Below, piece after piece: positions 38,557 to 52,584 of a stretch of 64,000 nucleotides of DNA. Numbering within the stretch: the stretch's first letter is position 1; the number at the start of each line of letters is the position of its first letter. This stretch comes from Octopus sinensis (lineage: Eukaryota), in contig NC_043001.1 in assembly GCF_006345805.1 (NCBI RefSeq), positions 16,678,001-16,742,000 on the forward strand, in the 5' to 3' direction. Made by a program: the position numbers and the translations under genes. The notes below the pieces were generated by a model, which was not told the DNA's origin, did not search any database, and saw only the letters and a program-made list of their open reading frames with translations.

Positions 38557-39039
38557 GGATGGATGGATAGATAGATAGAAAGAGGCACCTATATAGACAT
38601 AGAGAGAGAGTGTGAAAGCAAGCGAGTGAGAGAGAGAGAGTGAAAGCAAGCGAGTGAGAGAGAGAGAGAGAGAGAGAGAAAGCAGCAAGAGCAAAACGGT
38701 AAAACGAAGAGAGGAGAGGAAGAAAGAAATGACGGAAGGAAGAATCAAATAACATGTCTGGCAAACTTTGTCTCTGTGTGTCGAGTGAACAACGTTAACT
38801 TGTGATACTTATCGACACATAAACACTTGCTTGAGCACCAATGATTACTTTAAGCGACCCCAAGCGGTTTTGCTCTACGGACTTGTTTCATGCAACACAA
38901 TAATTGTTTCAGAGATTGCGGGATCATATACATAACAAAACACCATAAAAATGCATAAGCCATAATTTAATTATTACGAATATAAAACACACACACATGT
39001 ATGCATATATACATACATACATATATAAATACATACAGC

Positions 39040-39337
39040 CTGGTACTTATTCTATCGGACATTTTTTGCCGAAATGCTAAGTTACGGGGACGTAAACATA
39101 CCAGCATCGGTTGTCAAGCGATGTTGGGGGGACAAACGCGCACACACACATACATATATATATACATATATACGACGGGCTTCTTTCAGTTTCCGTCTAC
39201 CAAATCCACTCACAAGGCTTTGGTCGGCCCCAGGCTATAGTAGAAGACATTTGCCCAAGGTGTCATGCAGTGGGACTGAACCCGGAACCATGTGGTTGGT
39301 AAGTAAGCTATTTACCACACAGCCAACCCTGCGCCTA
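39040..39337 (-). mobile_element. SINE family A, 3'-truncated
   Basis: Reverse complement of the head and middle. Confidence 0.8.
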
Positions 39338-39381
39338 TACATATAATGCAAAAAAAAAAAAAATTAAAACACATCCTTCAG

Positions 39382-39512
39382 ACTGTAATAATCAATGAAA
39401 TAGAAATAAAATTTGAAAACCAAATGATCCACGGCCCAATACTGGTCAGTAACCTGGCGGCTGAGGCCCCTGATTTAATCTACAAGAAATTTATCACATC
39501 TTCATTCAAAAG
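39382..39512 (+). CDS. Candidate internal exon (phase 0 to 2), protein unidentified
   Basis: acatccttcag|...aaaag|gtgagg. Only one frame is open: TVIINEIEIKFENQMIHGPILVSNLAAEAPDLIYKKFITSSFK. Confidence 0.55.
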
Positions 39513-39666
39513 GTGAGGAACTTACCAAGACCTATAAAAGAGGATTTCATTTTCCGTTTCTTTTTTATACTTTTAAAAATACATGACTATTTTCTTAGAG
39601 CTTTTGTTACATCAGCAGTACAGATAGTCACGTCTCCTGACAGACTTAACAATATATCGCAGTACA

Positions 39667-40270
39667 AGGCGGCGTACTGGCAGAAACGTTAGTGCGCCGG
39701 GCGAAATGCTTAGCGGTATTTCGTCTGCCGCTACTTTCTGAGTTCAAATTCCGCCGATGTCAACTTTGCCTTTCATCCTTTCGTGGTCGATTAAATAAGT
39801 ACCAGTTACGCACTGGGGTCGATGTAATCGACTTAATGCCTTTGTCTGTCCTTGTTTGTCCCTTCTGTGTTTAGCCCCTTGTGGGTAGTAAAGACATAGG
39901 TATTTCGTCTGCCGTTACGTTCTTAGTTCAAATTCTGCCGAGGTCAACTTTGCCTTTCATCCTTTCGGGGTCGATTAAATAAGTACCAGTTACGCACTGG
40001 AGTCGATCTAATCGACTTAATCCGTTTGTCTGTCCTTGTTTGTCCTCTCTGTGTTTAGCCCCTTGTGTGTAGTAAAGAAATGGGCATTTGGTCTGCCGTT
40101 ACGTTCTGAGTTCAAATTCCGCCGAGGTCGACTTTACCTTTCATCCTTTCGGGGTCGATAAATTAAGTACCAGTTACGCACTGGGGGTCGATATAATCGA
40201 TTAAGTCCGCTTGCCTGTCCTTGTTTACCATCTCTGTGTTTATCCCCTTGTGGGTAGTAAAGAAATAGGT
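39667..40270 (+). mobile_element. SINE family B array (head plus 3 units)
   Basis: Units are joined at aaga.ata/tgg|gtattt near 39900, 40080 and 40265. Confidence 0.9.
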
Positions 40271-40712
40271 ATATCGCAGTACAACAGCAATCAACGAAGC
40301 ATCGGTTTGAAACCCTCCGACTTACACGCTCTTATTGGTTAGCTGGCGTTTATTAAGATATATTCTGGAAGCATCGGTGATCTTAATGATAAATAAAGTG
40401 ACACCCATTTAATTACTGTTCCCTTCTATAAACCGATACAAACTGACGTGATGGTGACACCTTCAGCAAAGCCAAACAAACATTTTCTTGTTTCCCCTTC
40501 CACTGTCTATTTATCACACACAGTTTGACAGTCAACATTTCCCACTGTTTATATCCGCCATATTACATAGCCAGCTCTTGTTAGCTTAAGTGTGAATTCT
40601 ATATACACTTCTTTCTTTTCTTTCCCCTTTCTTTATCATTGATTCTTTACTCAAAACACACAATCGACTCTCTTCTTTCCGTGACATTTTCCATACGTAC
40701 CGTCCATCATGG

Positions 40713-40759
<47 letters not shown>

Positions 40760-40841
40760 CTCTGTCTCTATCTATCTATCTCTGTTTCTCTCTCTCACTA
40801 TCTATCTGTCTGTCTGACTGTCTGTCTGTCTGTCTGACTGA

Positions 40842-40901
<60 letters not shown>

Positions 40902-41043
40902 GTCTGTCTGTCTGTCTATGCATGTATGTATATATCTATCTGTTTGTCTGCCTGCATGTTTGCCTATCTGCCTGCCTGTCTGCCTGTCTGTCCGTTCGCC
41001 CGTCTGTCCGTTTGTCCGTCCGTCTGTCGGTTCTGCTGTCTCT

Positions 41044-41076
<33 letters not shown>

Positions 41077-41079
<3 letters not shown>

Positions 41080-41166
41080 TTTTTTTTTTTAAACCTTCAA
41101 AAGAAAAGCTCTACCTTGTAATTTGTTCTATCTGTGTGCAGCCCTGTGTGGCTAATAAAGAAACAT
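41077..41166 (+). mobile_element. Tx1 LINE extreme 3' end, severely truncated
   Basis: aaaagaaaagctctaccttgtaatttgttctatctgtgtgcagccctgtgtggctaataaagaaacata is the reverse complement of the tail at about 37690-37755. Confidence 0.8.
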
Positions 41167-41601
41167 ATATAATAACAGTCGAACGCTAACTTAAATGATC
41201 ACTCAGTTCTTTTTAATTGAGTACCATCTTTACTAAATTTTTTACCAAGAAAAACCCTGGTGATGGCTAGTAAACCGAAATTTGGCAAACTTTATCTCAT
41301 AGAAAATTGATATTTATCTATCCATATATGTATGCATGTATGTATGTATGTATGTATGTATGTTCTTTTTCACTTTTTAGTTTAGAGTAAATTTTGACCG
41401 GCCACCGTCTTGGTAGCAAGGTGGTGAAGAAAAGCGTCCCGTTTTAACCGTCATCCTTGAAATCTTAAGAAGGTTTTGCAGATATTTGCAGTTCCAGATA
41501 TCGTGATCATTTGTAGCATATGAATTAAGGATTTGGTTTCTCTTCAGAAGATTCCAGGTTCAACCATACTTTGCAGCAGACAGATTGGTATGTGTTTTGT
41601 T

Positions 41602-41662
<61 letters not shown>

Positions 41663-41687
41663 ACCTGTCTATCTGTCTGTCTATCTA

Positions 41688-41949
41688 TTTTCCTCTTCCC
41701 CTTTTTTCCCCCTTTTTTCTTCTTTTTTCATTTCTCTTATCTTTTGTTCCTTTTCCTTTTCGTTTTTTTATTTTTATTTTTTTTTGTTCTTTTCTTCCCT
41801 TTTACGACCCCTCTTGATCGAAAACCTACGCCACCCCCTTTTTTGGTTTTGTTTCTTTTGTTTTTTATTTTTTTTCATCCCCCAAAAGAAAAGCTCTACC
41901 TTGTAACTTGTCCCATCTGTGTGCAGCCCTGTGTGGCCAATAAAGAAAC

Positions 41950-41950
<1 letters not shown>
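41688..41950 (+). mobile_element. Tx1 LINE 3' UTR, truncated
   Basis: Same tail plus ccttttacgacccctcttgatcgaaaacc, with (TCTA)n on both sides. Confidence 0.8.
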
Positions 41951-42016
<66 letters not shown>

Positions 42017-43149
42017 CGTGTATACGTGTGTAAATGTATGCATATCGTGGCATGCCTTTTATTTTTCACTTTTCCCCTCTTTGATACATAGATAAGGAGA
42101 TACGAAGAGAATGAGGATGTGCAGGTTGGCAGTACGCATGACGTTTGCAACCTCCCCATCTTCCACTCCATCTTTCTCTTTCTTATCTCTCTCTCTCGCC
42201 CCCCCCTCTCTCTCTCTCTCTCTGAGCATATGGTTGGTGTCTAAATGGCGGGTCAGCATGTCGTTGCATGTAGGCATCACGTAGACAGGGCAAGGACTGC
42301 AGCGATGAACTCTGCGAGAAGTTAGGATTGGGGGTTATTGCAAAAGATATTGCATCATAAGAGAAAGGAGTGGAGAGGTATCGTCAGGGATCGTGCGGAA
42401 GTGTCACAACAATTTTCTGGTTCAATGAAACTGAGGCCTCTATAGAAAGGATAAGAGAATTTAAATGAACAGTGAATCCGTGAACTTAATCTGTTGCACA
42501 CAGACTCTTTGTTTAACTTCCATCTTTTCCGGGTTTTTTTGTGTTTTTTTTTTAGAGCCGACCACGTGATGGCGAACCTGCCTGCAAACAGAAGTGAAAT
42601 TTTCCTCTTATCTTACCCTGAAATTTTAAAATATAGGCGATACTGAATGAATGTGGTCATAGATTTCAACAGGATGATCACGGCAGGAGTGTCTTTGATC
42701 ATCGGCCTGTACGTTACGTGGGTTGCCTAAATATCGGCAACAATAAAATCTCTACATCTCTCTCCACTTTTGCTTTGTTCTGCAACACACACAGACAGAG
42801 ACACACACAGGCACACACACGGACACACACACACACACCACACACACACACACGTATATGTGCGTGCCTGTGACTCTGTGAGTGCGTATGTGTGTGTGTA
42901 TGTACGGACTGTCTGCTCTTTCCCCGTTTTCCTCCTCTCTAGACTATTTCCTTTTCCTGACGAAGAGTCATGCTTGAAACGTCCATTTCGACTCCTATTT
43001 TCCCATCTAAATCTTTCATTGTACACCAATGGGTACGTCTAAATGTTTTTTGTTGCTTTTCCTGTTTTTCTTATTTTTTGATTTGCCTATATATACATAC
43101 ACACACACGCACTCACACAAACACATATATACACATATATACAGAGAAA

Positions 43150-43400
43150 GGTGGAGGCGTGTAGCTTAGTGGTTAGGGTTTCAGCACCATGATCGTAAGA
43201 TTGTGGTTTCGATTTCTGGACTGGGCGACGCGTTGTGTTCTTGAGCAAAACACTTCATTTCACGTTGCTCCAGTCCACTCAACTGGCAAAAATGAGTAAT
43301 GCTGCGATGGGCTGGTATCTCGTCCAGCTGGGGAACGCACACGCCATTGAAACCGAGAAACCGGGCCAATGAGCCTGGCTAGGCTTTAAAAGGGCACATA
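43150..43400 (+). mobile_element. SINE family D
   Basis: Matches 9495-9741 in the opposite orientation. Confidence 0.8.
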
Positions 43401-43559
43401 TATTTATTTTTTATACAGAGAGGGAGAGAGAGGGAGGGAGAGAGGGAAGGAGAGAGAGAGTGAGTGAGTGAAGGAGGGAGAGAGCGGAAGAGAAAAGGGT
43501 ACATACTCCTATACTTGAGCAGCCATTATGAGACAGAAAAGATAGAGACGATGCAGTAA

Positions 43560-43855
43560 TCATAAAAACGGTCTACATTGATCCGGACAGATTTAACAAG
43601 AGACCAGGCGCCATCGGCAGACTGGGTCTACCAGCGGACACCATCCTGTGCATAGCCTAGATTGGGGTCCTCCGACTTCTACTTGATCAATCCAATAAAC
43701 GACATTTGACGGACAAGGAGAAAATGGTTGTGAAGAAGTGGGTACAAGAGCGCATGCCTGAATGTTTTTCGGAGCGGATTAGAAAATTGGATTCAATGAC
43801 GGTGCAAATGCATCCCATCTTATGGAGATTATGTTGAGTTGTACTTTGTACAGAG
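43560..43855 (+). mobile_element. Mariner (DD34D-like) transposase C-terminal remnant
   Basis: Frameshifted HP..S..L..SDFYL...DKEKMVVKKWVQE...FSERIRKL...KCIPSYGDYVE. Confidence 0.7.
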
Positions 43856-45332
43856 GAAGAGATACTCAACCAATTTGTTTATTTTTAACGGCCTACGTCA
43901 GTCAATAAAAAGTTAGTCCCACTTTTGCATTATATATATGTTATATATATATATATATATGTGTGTGTAATGAAATACAAAATGGGACAAGAACGCAAAA
44001 CATCCGGACAACTAGGTGATACAAAAAAGGACAACAAAACATCCAGATAGACGATACAAAAAACACGAACGGGTCATTCGAAGCCTTTTATCTTCAGTCA
44101 AGAACCGGATCATCCTCGCAATTTTGGCTGATTAATCTTGAGATTGCTCCAATCTGGCCTGCCCCAAGAAAAAATTAAACTAAGAACATTAGAGCATATA
44201 TATATAATAAACTACAGCTAAACTTGACAGACGAGTATCGTTCACTGAAGATGGTCAATATGAGGTCGAAATCACATGACCTAGTGGTCTTCGAGCTAGA
44301 AAGTAGCAAGTTATCTCCCCGCTTGCAATATATATCGACTGCGAAGCGCTCTGAATAATCAGCTGGAAGACGCGTCATCCTGGGGTTCAAATAGCAGTAT
44401 CGTCTGTTCTTATAGAGTACCTATTTTAGGGGGCGATAAACATTACTTGTGGATTAACAATCCTTGTTAATCAACATATGAAGAATATTTGCCTACCAAT
44501 GAAATATGCGCGCGTGAGTGTGTGTGTGTGTGTGTGTATCTGTCTGTGTGTATATGCATGCGCGCGAGCATATGTGTATGTGTGTCTGTGTTTATGCACT
44601 TATGTATATAAATAAATTTCGACGAGAAGATGTATCAACATGTTTTAAGTCACAAACAATTACCCGTAACTTATAAACTTAATATGGCGAAATGATGTAG
44701 ATTATTAAGAAACCATTTTTTTTCTAGCAAATAATTTCATATCCGCAGAGTAATATGATATATTTAATTAATATAATATATTTAATAAGATTTATTAACT
44801 TAACAGTTGTCCATATGTTTCCACAACAGACTTATTATATATATATGTTATTAATAAACATGATTTCTTCGGCAATGTGAATGGATCCTTAAACCGCATT
44901 TTGTGTGTAAATCTAAATTCTGTTTTATTAGAAAAACATTCTAATTCTGCTCAGTCGGAAGTGATTTAAAATCTAGAACTTAAAATCGCCCAGAAAAGAT
45001 TTATATCGATAATAGATGATAGTGTACTTCATAGGAAATGTCTTAATTAATATAGACTTCTTTTTTTTTTTAATTAGTGTACTCGATAACTAAATGTCGA
45101 GCGAAAGAAATTAAACGGGAAGGAAAAATCCTCGAATATCATACGAAGAAATTTAAGTAAAAAAAGTTATAGACAGGGAAAGAGAGAAAGAGTGAGAAAG
45201 GGAGAGAGAGAAAAAGAGTAAGAAATGGAGAGAGAGAGAGAGATGCATTGTCCCTTTTTGAATGTGTGTTTGTATATGAAGGCATGTGTCACTCTGTATG
45301 TGTGTGTATCATTGTATCTATGTGCGTATATT

Positions 45333-45737
45333 CTTACTCTTTACTCTTTTACTTGTTTCAGTCATTTGACTGCGGCCATGCTGGAGCACCGCCTTTAGTC
45401 GAGCAAATCGACCCCGGGACTTATTCTTTTGTAAACCCAGTACTTATTCTATCGGTACTCTTTTGCCGAATCGCTAAGTGACAGGGACGTAAACACACCA
45501 GCATCGGTTGTCAAGCAATGCTAGGGGGACAAACACAGACACACAAACACACACATACATATATTCATATATACGACAGGCTTCTTTCAGTTTCCGTCTA
45601 CCAAATCCACTCACAAGGCATTGGTCGGCCCGGGGCTATAGTAGAAGACACTTGCCCAAGGTGCCACGCAGTGGGACTGAACCCAAAACCATGTGGTTGG
45701 TTAGCAAGCTACTTACCACACAGCCACTCCTGCGCCT
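45333..45737 (-). mobile_element. SINE family A, full length
   Basis: Complete reverse-complement copy. Confidence 0.85.
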
Positions 45738-46243
45738 ATGTAAACATTCTCCTCATTTCATCAACGTAGGTCTTTTGACACGGAGTTTTAACTTCTCTTT
45801 TTTTCGGCTTTTCTTTCTTCATTTATTTTACCATTTTCTCAAATATTTTTTTTCTATTTTTTATCATTGTTTTTTTCACGCCATTTTTCCACGTTAGTGA
45901 ATGACTTTTCTGTGTTTACACTATTTCTGTTGGTGTAAAGTAATTTATATGTTACTAGCGAGAGAGAAATAGACTGGAAATCTCCCGTCGTCGTCTTCTC
46001 TACTGGTTTAAACGTGATAAGAACTGTGTCAACACAAGTATCAATACTGCTCCAGCCGGGGCCGTTTCATGAATAAAGAGTGACTCTGTCCTAGTGTGGC
46101 ATTCTTCTTCTTCTTCTTCTTCTTCTTCTTCTTCTTCTTCTTCTTCTTCTTCTTCATTTTCCTCCTCCTCTTCCTTCTCCTCCTCTTCTTCTTCTTCTTC
46201 TTCTTCTTCTTCTTCTTCTTCTTCTTCTTCCCATTATTATTAA

Positions 46244-46565
46244 AGCGGCGAGCTGGCAGAAACGTTAGCACGCCGGGCGAAATACGTAGCCGTATTTCGT
46301 CCGCAGTTACGTTCTGAGTTCAAATTCCGCCGAGGTCGACTTTGCCTTTCATCCTTTCGGGGTCGATTAAGAAAGTACCAGTTACGCACTGGGGCCGATA
46401 TAATCGACTTAATTCGTTTGTCTGTCCTTGTTTGTCCTCTCTGTGTTTAGCCCCTTGTGGGTAGTAAAGAAATAGGCATTTCGCCTGTCTTTATGTTCTG
46501 GTTTCAAATTCTGCCAAGGTCGACTTTGCTTTCATCCTTTCAGGGTCGATAAATTAAGTATCAGT
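46244..46565 (+). mobile_element. SINE family B (head plus about 1.5 units)
   Basis: Junction aaataggcatttcg near 46470. Confidence 0.85.
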
Positions 46566-46618
46566 GAAAAACTCGAGAGCCTCTCCCAAATTTCAGGCCT
46601 TGGAATATTCTTCTTCTT

Positions 46619-46649
<31 letters not shown>

Positions 46650-46652
46650 TTC

Positions 46653-46700
<48 letters not shown>

Positions 46701-46767
46701 TATTTATTTTATTTATTTATTTATTTTTCCTTTACGAGTGGTGATAAATCGTTTTTCTTCTTTCTAG

Positions 46768-46825
46768 GTTGTTTCTTCAACAAGCCTCCCAACTCGTTCT
46801 CACTGATCGACGTTAAGTCAAATAT
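46768..46825 (+). CDS. Candidate short exon
   Basis: Strong acceptor tttttcttctttctag|, open frame (G)CFFNKPPNSFSLIDVKSN, donor |gtaaac. Confidence 0.3.
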
Positions 46826-47117
46826 GTAAACAACAAAGTTAATTTGGAAAGCTATCGAATAACAGTTCTCGGGTCTGCTGTAGATCTGGTTACTGTTGTT
46901 GCTGTTGTTGTTGTTGTTTTTGTTCTTTCTTTAAAAGGTACCTCGGACTTTTCTTAAAGTTTCACTTGTAATGACAACAATTCCTTCTTTTCTTAGTCAG
47001 TGGGCCCTGATGTACAATACAAAACGTGCCACCGCAAAAAAAAAAAAGGATTTTAAAAAGCGTGGAGAATCTACGCTCACAAAAATCACAAATACATATA
47101 TATGTGTACATGTATGA

Positions 47118-47150
<33 letters not shown>

Positions 47151-47570
47151 TGTATGTACGTATGTATGTATGTATGTATGTATGTGTATATGTTTGTGTG
47201 TATGTATGTATGTATGTATGTATGTATGTATGTATGTATGTATGTATGAAGTAAAATTATGTAGCAACACCAAATGGCGGTGCCCCAGCAAGGCCACAGC
47301 TCGTGAGCTGAAAGTAGATGAAATGAAAATGTATGTATGAATATATGCATGCATGGATGTATGTATGTATGTATGTATGTATGTATGTATTATGCGTGTA
47401 TGTGTGTATGTATTCATGCATGTGTGTATGTATGTATGTATGTAAGTAAGTATGTAAGCACGTATGTATGTATTTATGTATGTTTGTATGTATGTGTGTA
47501 TGTATGTATGTATATGTGTGTATGTATGTATGTATGTATGTGTGTATGTATGTATGTATATATGTGTATG

Positions 47571-47601
<31 letters not shown>

Positions 47602-47824
47602 GTATGTACGCTTGTATGTATGTATGTATGTATGTATGTATGTATGTATGTTGTGAAGGGTTCGTGGCTTAGTGGTTAGTGTATTCAGCTAACGATCATA
47701 AGATCGTGAGTTCGATTATTGGCGGAGCGTTATGTCCTTGCGCAACACATTATATATATATATATATATATTTATATATTTCGATAGGTGAATGATGAGA
47801 AGGTTGCATCTTGCACCGTTTATT

Positions 47825-47905
47825 CCTTTGGAATAAAACCATGTTGTCTTCGAAACATATGTCGAGGCTAAAGGAATTTTGTTAACATCTTCGTTCAACT
47901 CCATT

Positions 47906-47906
<1 letters not shown>
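47825..47906 (+). ncRNA. Decayed hammerhead-like motif plus downstream repeat; monomeric homolog of the 23735 palindrome
   Basis: CCUU..(decayed core)..GAAAC-AUAU-GU-C-GAGG, followed by ctaaaggaattttgttaacatcttcgttcaactccatt. Confidence 0.45.
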
Positions 47907-47938
<32 letters not shown>

Positions 47939-49214
47939 TATATAATATATATACTCTTACTCTCTTTTACTCTTTTAATTGTTTCAGTCATTTGACTGCG
48001 GTCAAACTGGAGCACAGACTTAGTCGAGGAAATCGACTAAATTACCTACCATGTGATTGGTAAGCAAGTTCCTTACCACACAGTCACGCCTGCGCCTATA
48101 TTATATATATATATAATATATATATATATTACATATATATATATAATATATGTATATATGTATGTATGTATATATATATGTGTGTATATATATATATATT
48201 ATATATATATATATATATATGCATGTGTGTGTGTGTGGTCTGTGTGTGTGTGTGTGTCTGTGTGTGTGTGTGTATAAGAGTATTATTGCTTTAATTACAA
48301 TAATATCAGTGGCTAGCATCCGTAAAAACCATAAAGGTAAAAAGTATTGGATAATAATGAAGGGTACTACAAGAAGTACCAGCATGGTAAAAAATAACAG
48401 TCAAACGACTGAAAAACTATGGCTTTAAGTCGTTTTGACTGTTATTTTTAGCATGCTGGTACTACTACTTCATTATTAATATATATAATATATATATATG
48501 TAAGAAGAGAAGAAATCTAATAGAAAATATTGAGATAGGTTAAAAGCATGCTATATGTAAGAAGTGCAAGTAGGGCAAATATTTCAACACAAGATCAGAG
48601 AAACCCGGGCGTCTGACCACTTTCCGCTCTGATCATCTTCTGGAAACAGAGTGTTCTGAAGTTGCCCTTAAGCATTTTCAGTAATGTTTGTGCTGTCGTG
48701 AGCATTCTTTGGCTCGTAACCCTTTCACTTTTGATAGACTACTGGCGTGGTTTGGGTGTGTATTAGCAAAGAATGCCTGGTACTTGTTCATTCCGAAAAT
48801 CAACACAGCATTTCATTTGTCCTCTTTTAGGGCCGGCGTTAAAGCGACTAGGCTAGGGCTGCCATTTTGAAGTACTGTGAATTTCAAGCACTTCATTGGT
48901 TTGGGTTTCTTTTCGTAAGGTTTCTTTAAGGCCGCTATCGCTACCTCGGAGTTTGTTAAGTTGGAAAACAAAAACTGAAACAAATCGAAAATGGATGTCT
49001 GTGAAAGCTAAAACTGCTTGGAATGAGCTGAGAGACAAAATTTTTCTCCAGCTTCAGAGTAGATATTCAAATGTTCCGAAGGTCTTTGTTAGTAAAAACA
49101 AAATTCACGAAGATATTTGGGGAACACGACAGTTTACAGTGAAGACCAGTAGCAGCAACGTCAACAACTATAATAAATCACATTAATTTCAAATAAAATC
49201 TCAAGAACACAGAT

Positions 49215-49626
49215 TACTGCTATTGTTGCTGCTGTGGCTGTTGCTGTTGCTGTTGAGCGAAGTTGTCTTCGTCCCAGAGCTCGCCATCTCGTGCCTCTGT
49301 AGTGGGAGAAGTCCGAAACGTGGTCCTTTGCTATTCGTAAGACCCGCAGAAGAGAAAGCAGGTCAACCCCCGACACCGAGAGCATCGACGGATGGATCAA
49401 TGCGCATCCAGGCTCAGCGGTTGCGTAGGAAGAAATAGGAAGAAAGAGCGAGAGAAAGTTGGAGCGAAAGAGTACAACAGGGGTCGCCACCACCCCCTGC
49501 CAGAGCCTCGTGGAGCTTTAGGTGTTTTAACTCAATAAACACACACAACGTACGGTCTGGGAATCGAAACCTCGATCCTCCGACCGCGAGTCCGCTGCCC
49601 TAACCATTGGACCATTGCGCCTCCAC
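49215..49626 (-). mobile_element. SINE with a family C head and a third type of 3' half, (ACAGCA)n tail
   Basis: Family C head through ctcgctctt, then an unrelated body ending cttcgctcaacagcaacagcaacagc. Confidence 0.7.
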
Positions 49627-49888
49627 TATTGTTGCTGCTGTGGCTGTTACACTTTGAGCAGATCTATAACCAAAAGTATTCGAGCTGTGACCACCGGCAT
49701 TTTTCTTATTCAGAAATATTTCTTTCTCAGTATGGCAGAAGGCATCAAATTCGAGGAGAAAGAATGTCGATTACAGTGACTCCCATATTTGACTGGTGCT
49801 TTATCTTATCGACCCCAAAAGCATGGAAGGTAAATTTAGCTTCAGCGAAATTTGAACTCAATAAGAACGTAAAGATCCGCAAGAAATG

Positions 49889-50305
49889 CCGCAGGAGTGG
49901 CTGTGTGGTAAGTAGCTTTACCAACCACATGGTTCCGGGTTCAGTCCCACTGCGTGGCACCTTGGGTAAGTGTCTTCTACTATAGCCTCGGGTCGACCAA
50001 AGCCTTGTGAGTGGATTTGGTAGACGGAAAACTGAAAGAAGCCCGTCGTATATATGTATATATATATATATATGTGTGTGTGTGTTTGTGTGTCTGTGTT
50101 TGTCCCCCCCCCCAGCATTGCTTGACAACCGATGCTGGTATGTTTATGTCCCCGTTACTTAGCGGTTCGGCAAAAGAGACCGATAGAATAAGTACTGGGC
50201 TTACAAAAGAATAAGTCCCGGGGTCGAGTTGTTCGATGATTAAAGGCGGTGCCCCAGCATGGCCGCAGTCAAATGATTGAAACAAGTAAAAGAGTAAAAG
50301 AGTAA
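49889..50305 (+). mobile_element. SINE family A, full length
   Basis: Complete copy with the gtaaaagagtaaaagag tail. Confidence 0.85.
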
Positions 50306-51046
50306 AGCCCTTTTTTTCCGAAGAGCTAACGATCCTGTCAGCACGCCGTTATCTAACACAAACTAATGGCTAACCAATTTCATCAAATGGGATGTTGGTT
50401 ATAGCCCATTAAATTAACCAGGTTATTTTAGTAAGATTTATTTTTCCCATTCTCTGCAAAGATAAAGAAAAAATTAAAAAAAAAGGGGAAGAAAACCCAT
50501 TCGGATTCAGCTAGATTTGAAATGAAGACGGAAATAGTCGCCCATAAGAACTACAGCAAAACCATTTGGCCCTCCTACCTACTTATGTCACCTTTAATGC
50601 ACTGCCACCACCCAGTGCCCTATTGTCAATGAAGCTAAGTGACAGATAACAGCTTTAGATAATAATCTTTCAAGTAGATAAGCCATTCAATTCAGATATT
50701 ACTCTCAAGACAAACCAGAAATGTCTTCATGTTTCTTTCAGCTTTTAAAACGTTTATGTTTTTTTTTTTTTTGTGGGAGATCTTACCGTAAGCAATTACA
50801 CAAAATAACTAAAGTAGTTACTTGTGTACGTGCGCATGCGCGTGCATCTGCGTATGTATGTATGTATGTATGTATGAGTGTGTGTATGTGTGTGAGAGAG
50901 AGAGAGAGAGGGAGAAAGATTGAGAAAGGAAAGCAGAGATGAAACGTATGTTTCTTATATATATATATTATATATATATATATTAATGTATGCATGTATA
51001 GGCACACACACACACACATATATATTATATATCAATGTATGCATGG

Positions 51047-51103
<57 letters not shown>

Positions 51104-51119
51104 ATATGTGTATATATAG

Positions 51120-51157
<38 letters not shown>

Positions 51158-51333
51158 ATCAATAATTAAGGGTAAAATCAATTAGTTATAATTAATTTCA
51201 CCAAGTAGTGTTCAGTATGTAAAAGGACCATTCAAGGCGTATTCAAAATATTACTTTATATAATTAAGGGCTCAGTAAAATAATTTACTTTGCCACATAT
51301 ATATGTATATATATATATAGAGAGAGAGATATG

Positions 51334-51390
<57 letters not shown>

Positions 51391-51733
51391 ATAGATAAAT
51401 AGATAGATAGATCTACTTCGAAATCAGTGTCAAGTTTTTCCTTGTCAAAGTTATTAAATATGTATTTTACTAAAAATTACTCCTTCATTCCAATGTTAAT
51501 TTGTTTTTGTAAGTAACTTGACATAGACACACACACTTACTCGCACGCACACACACACACACACGCTCACGCGCGCGCACACACACACTCACACACACAC
51601 ACACATGTGTGTGTGTGTTTGTGTGTGTGAGGGTACTTTAGATTTATGTGTGTCATTTAAATACACGTGACTATGTTAAAGCGTGCATGACGTTTTATAG
51701 AAATTAATTTCTTATGAATTACCATCTTGGCAG

Positions 51734-51843
51734 CGTTTCTCTGTTATCAAAGACCCTGAAACTGAAACCGTGATGCCATTCCCTAATAGGTTTGGTCAGT
51801 GTGAAGAAAGAGTCGGGAATTCTAACCTCACAATCATTGATCA
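51734..51843 (+). CDS. Candidate internal exon (strand uncertain)
   Basis: catcttggcag|RFSVIKDPETETVMPFPNRFGQCEERVGNSNLTIID|gtaaat. The in-register antisense frame is also open and ends at a good donor (tg|gtaaat). Confidence 0.4.
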
Positions 51844-51899
51844 GTAAATCTGTACCCATGTCACAACTGTTTCGTAATGTTTGATAGTTCGGCCGAACA

Positions 51900-52385
51900 T
51901 ATTTCTTTACTACCCACAAGGGGCTAAACACAGAGGGGACAAACAAGGACAGACAAACGGATTAAGTCGATTACATCGACCCCAGTGCGAAACTGGTACT
52001 TTATTTATCGACCCCGAAAGGATGAAAGGCAAAGTAGACCTTGGCGGAATTTGAACTCAGAACGTAACAGCAGACGAAATACCTATTTCTTTACTGCCCA
52101 CAAGGGGCTAAACACAGAGGGGACAAACAAGGACAGACAAACGGATTAAGTCGATTACATCGACCCCAGTGCGAAACTGGTACTTTATTTATCGACCCCG
52201 AAAGGATGAAAGCAAAGTCGACCTCGGCGGAATTTGAACTCAGAACGTAACAGCAGACGAAATACCTATTTCTTTACTGCCCACAAGGGGCTAAACACAG
52301 AGGGGACAAACAAGGACAGACAAACGGATTAAGTCGATTACATCGACCCCAGTGCGAAACTAATACTTTATTTATCGATCCAGGA
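51900..52385 (-). mobile_element. SINE family B array, 3 near-identical units (period 183 bp)
   Basis: gaaatacctatttc at 52076 and 52259. Confidence 0.9.
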
Positions 52386-52584
52386 AGGATTTGAACTCTG
52401 GAAGCATAATTCGGATGATATATCACAAAGTATTGTCTCCGATGCTCTAACGCCTGTGTCTACACGTGGAGATTTATTTTTATTACGATATCTAATTTAG
52501 GTGCAAGGTCAGGAATTATTTGGTGGAGCTTATCAAAGTATTCGACAGAAGTACTTGCCTGGTTCATTATTTCGGTGACAAACG

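Noticed and set aside
39526-39531. 6-nt minus-strand microexon (tttatag|GTCTTG|gtaagt)
   Set aside because: It lies 14 nt from a better-supported exon on the opposite strand and has no other support, so chance is plausible.
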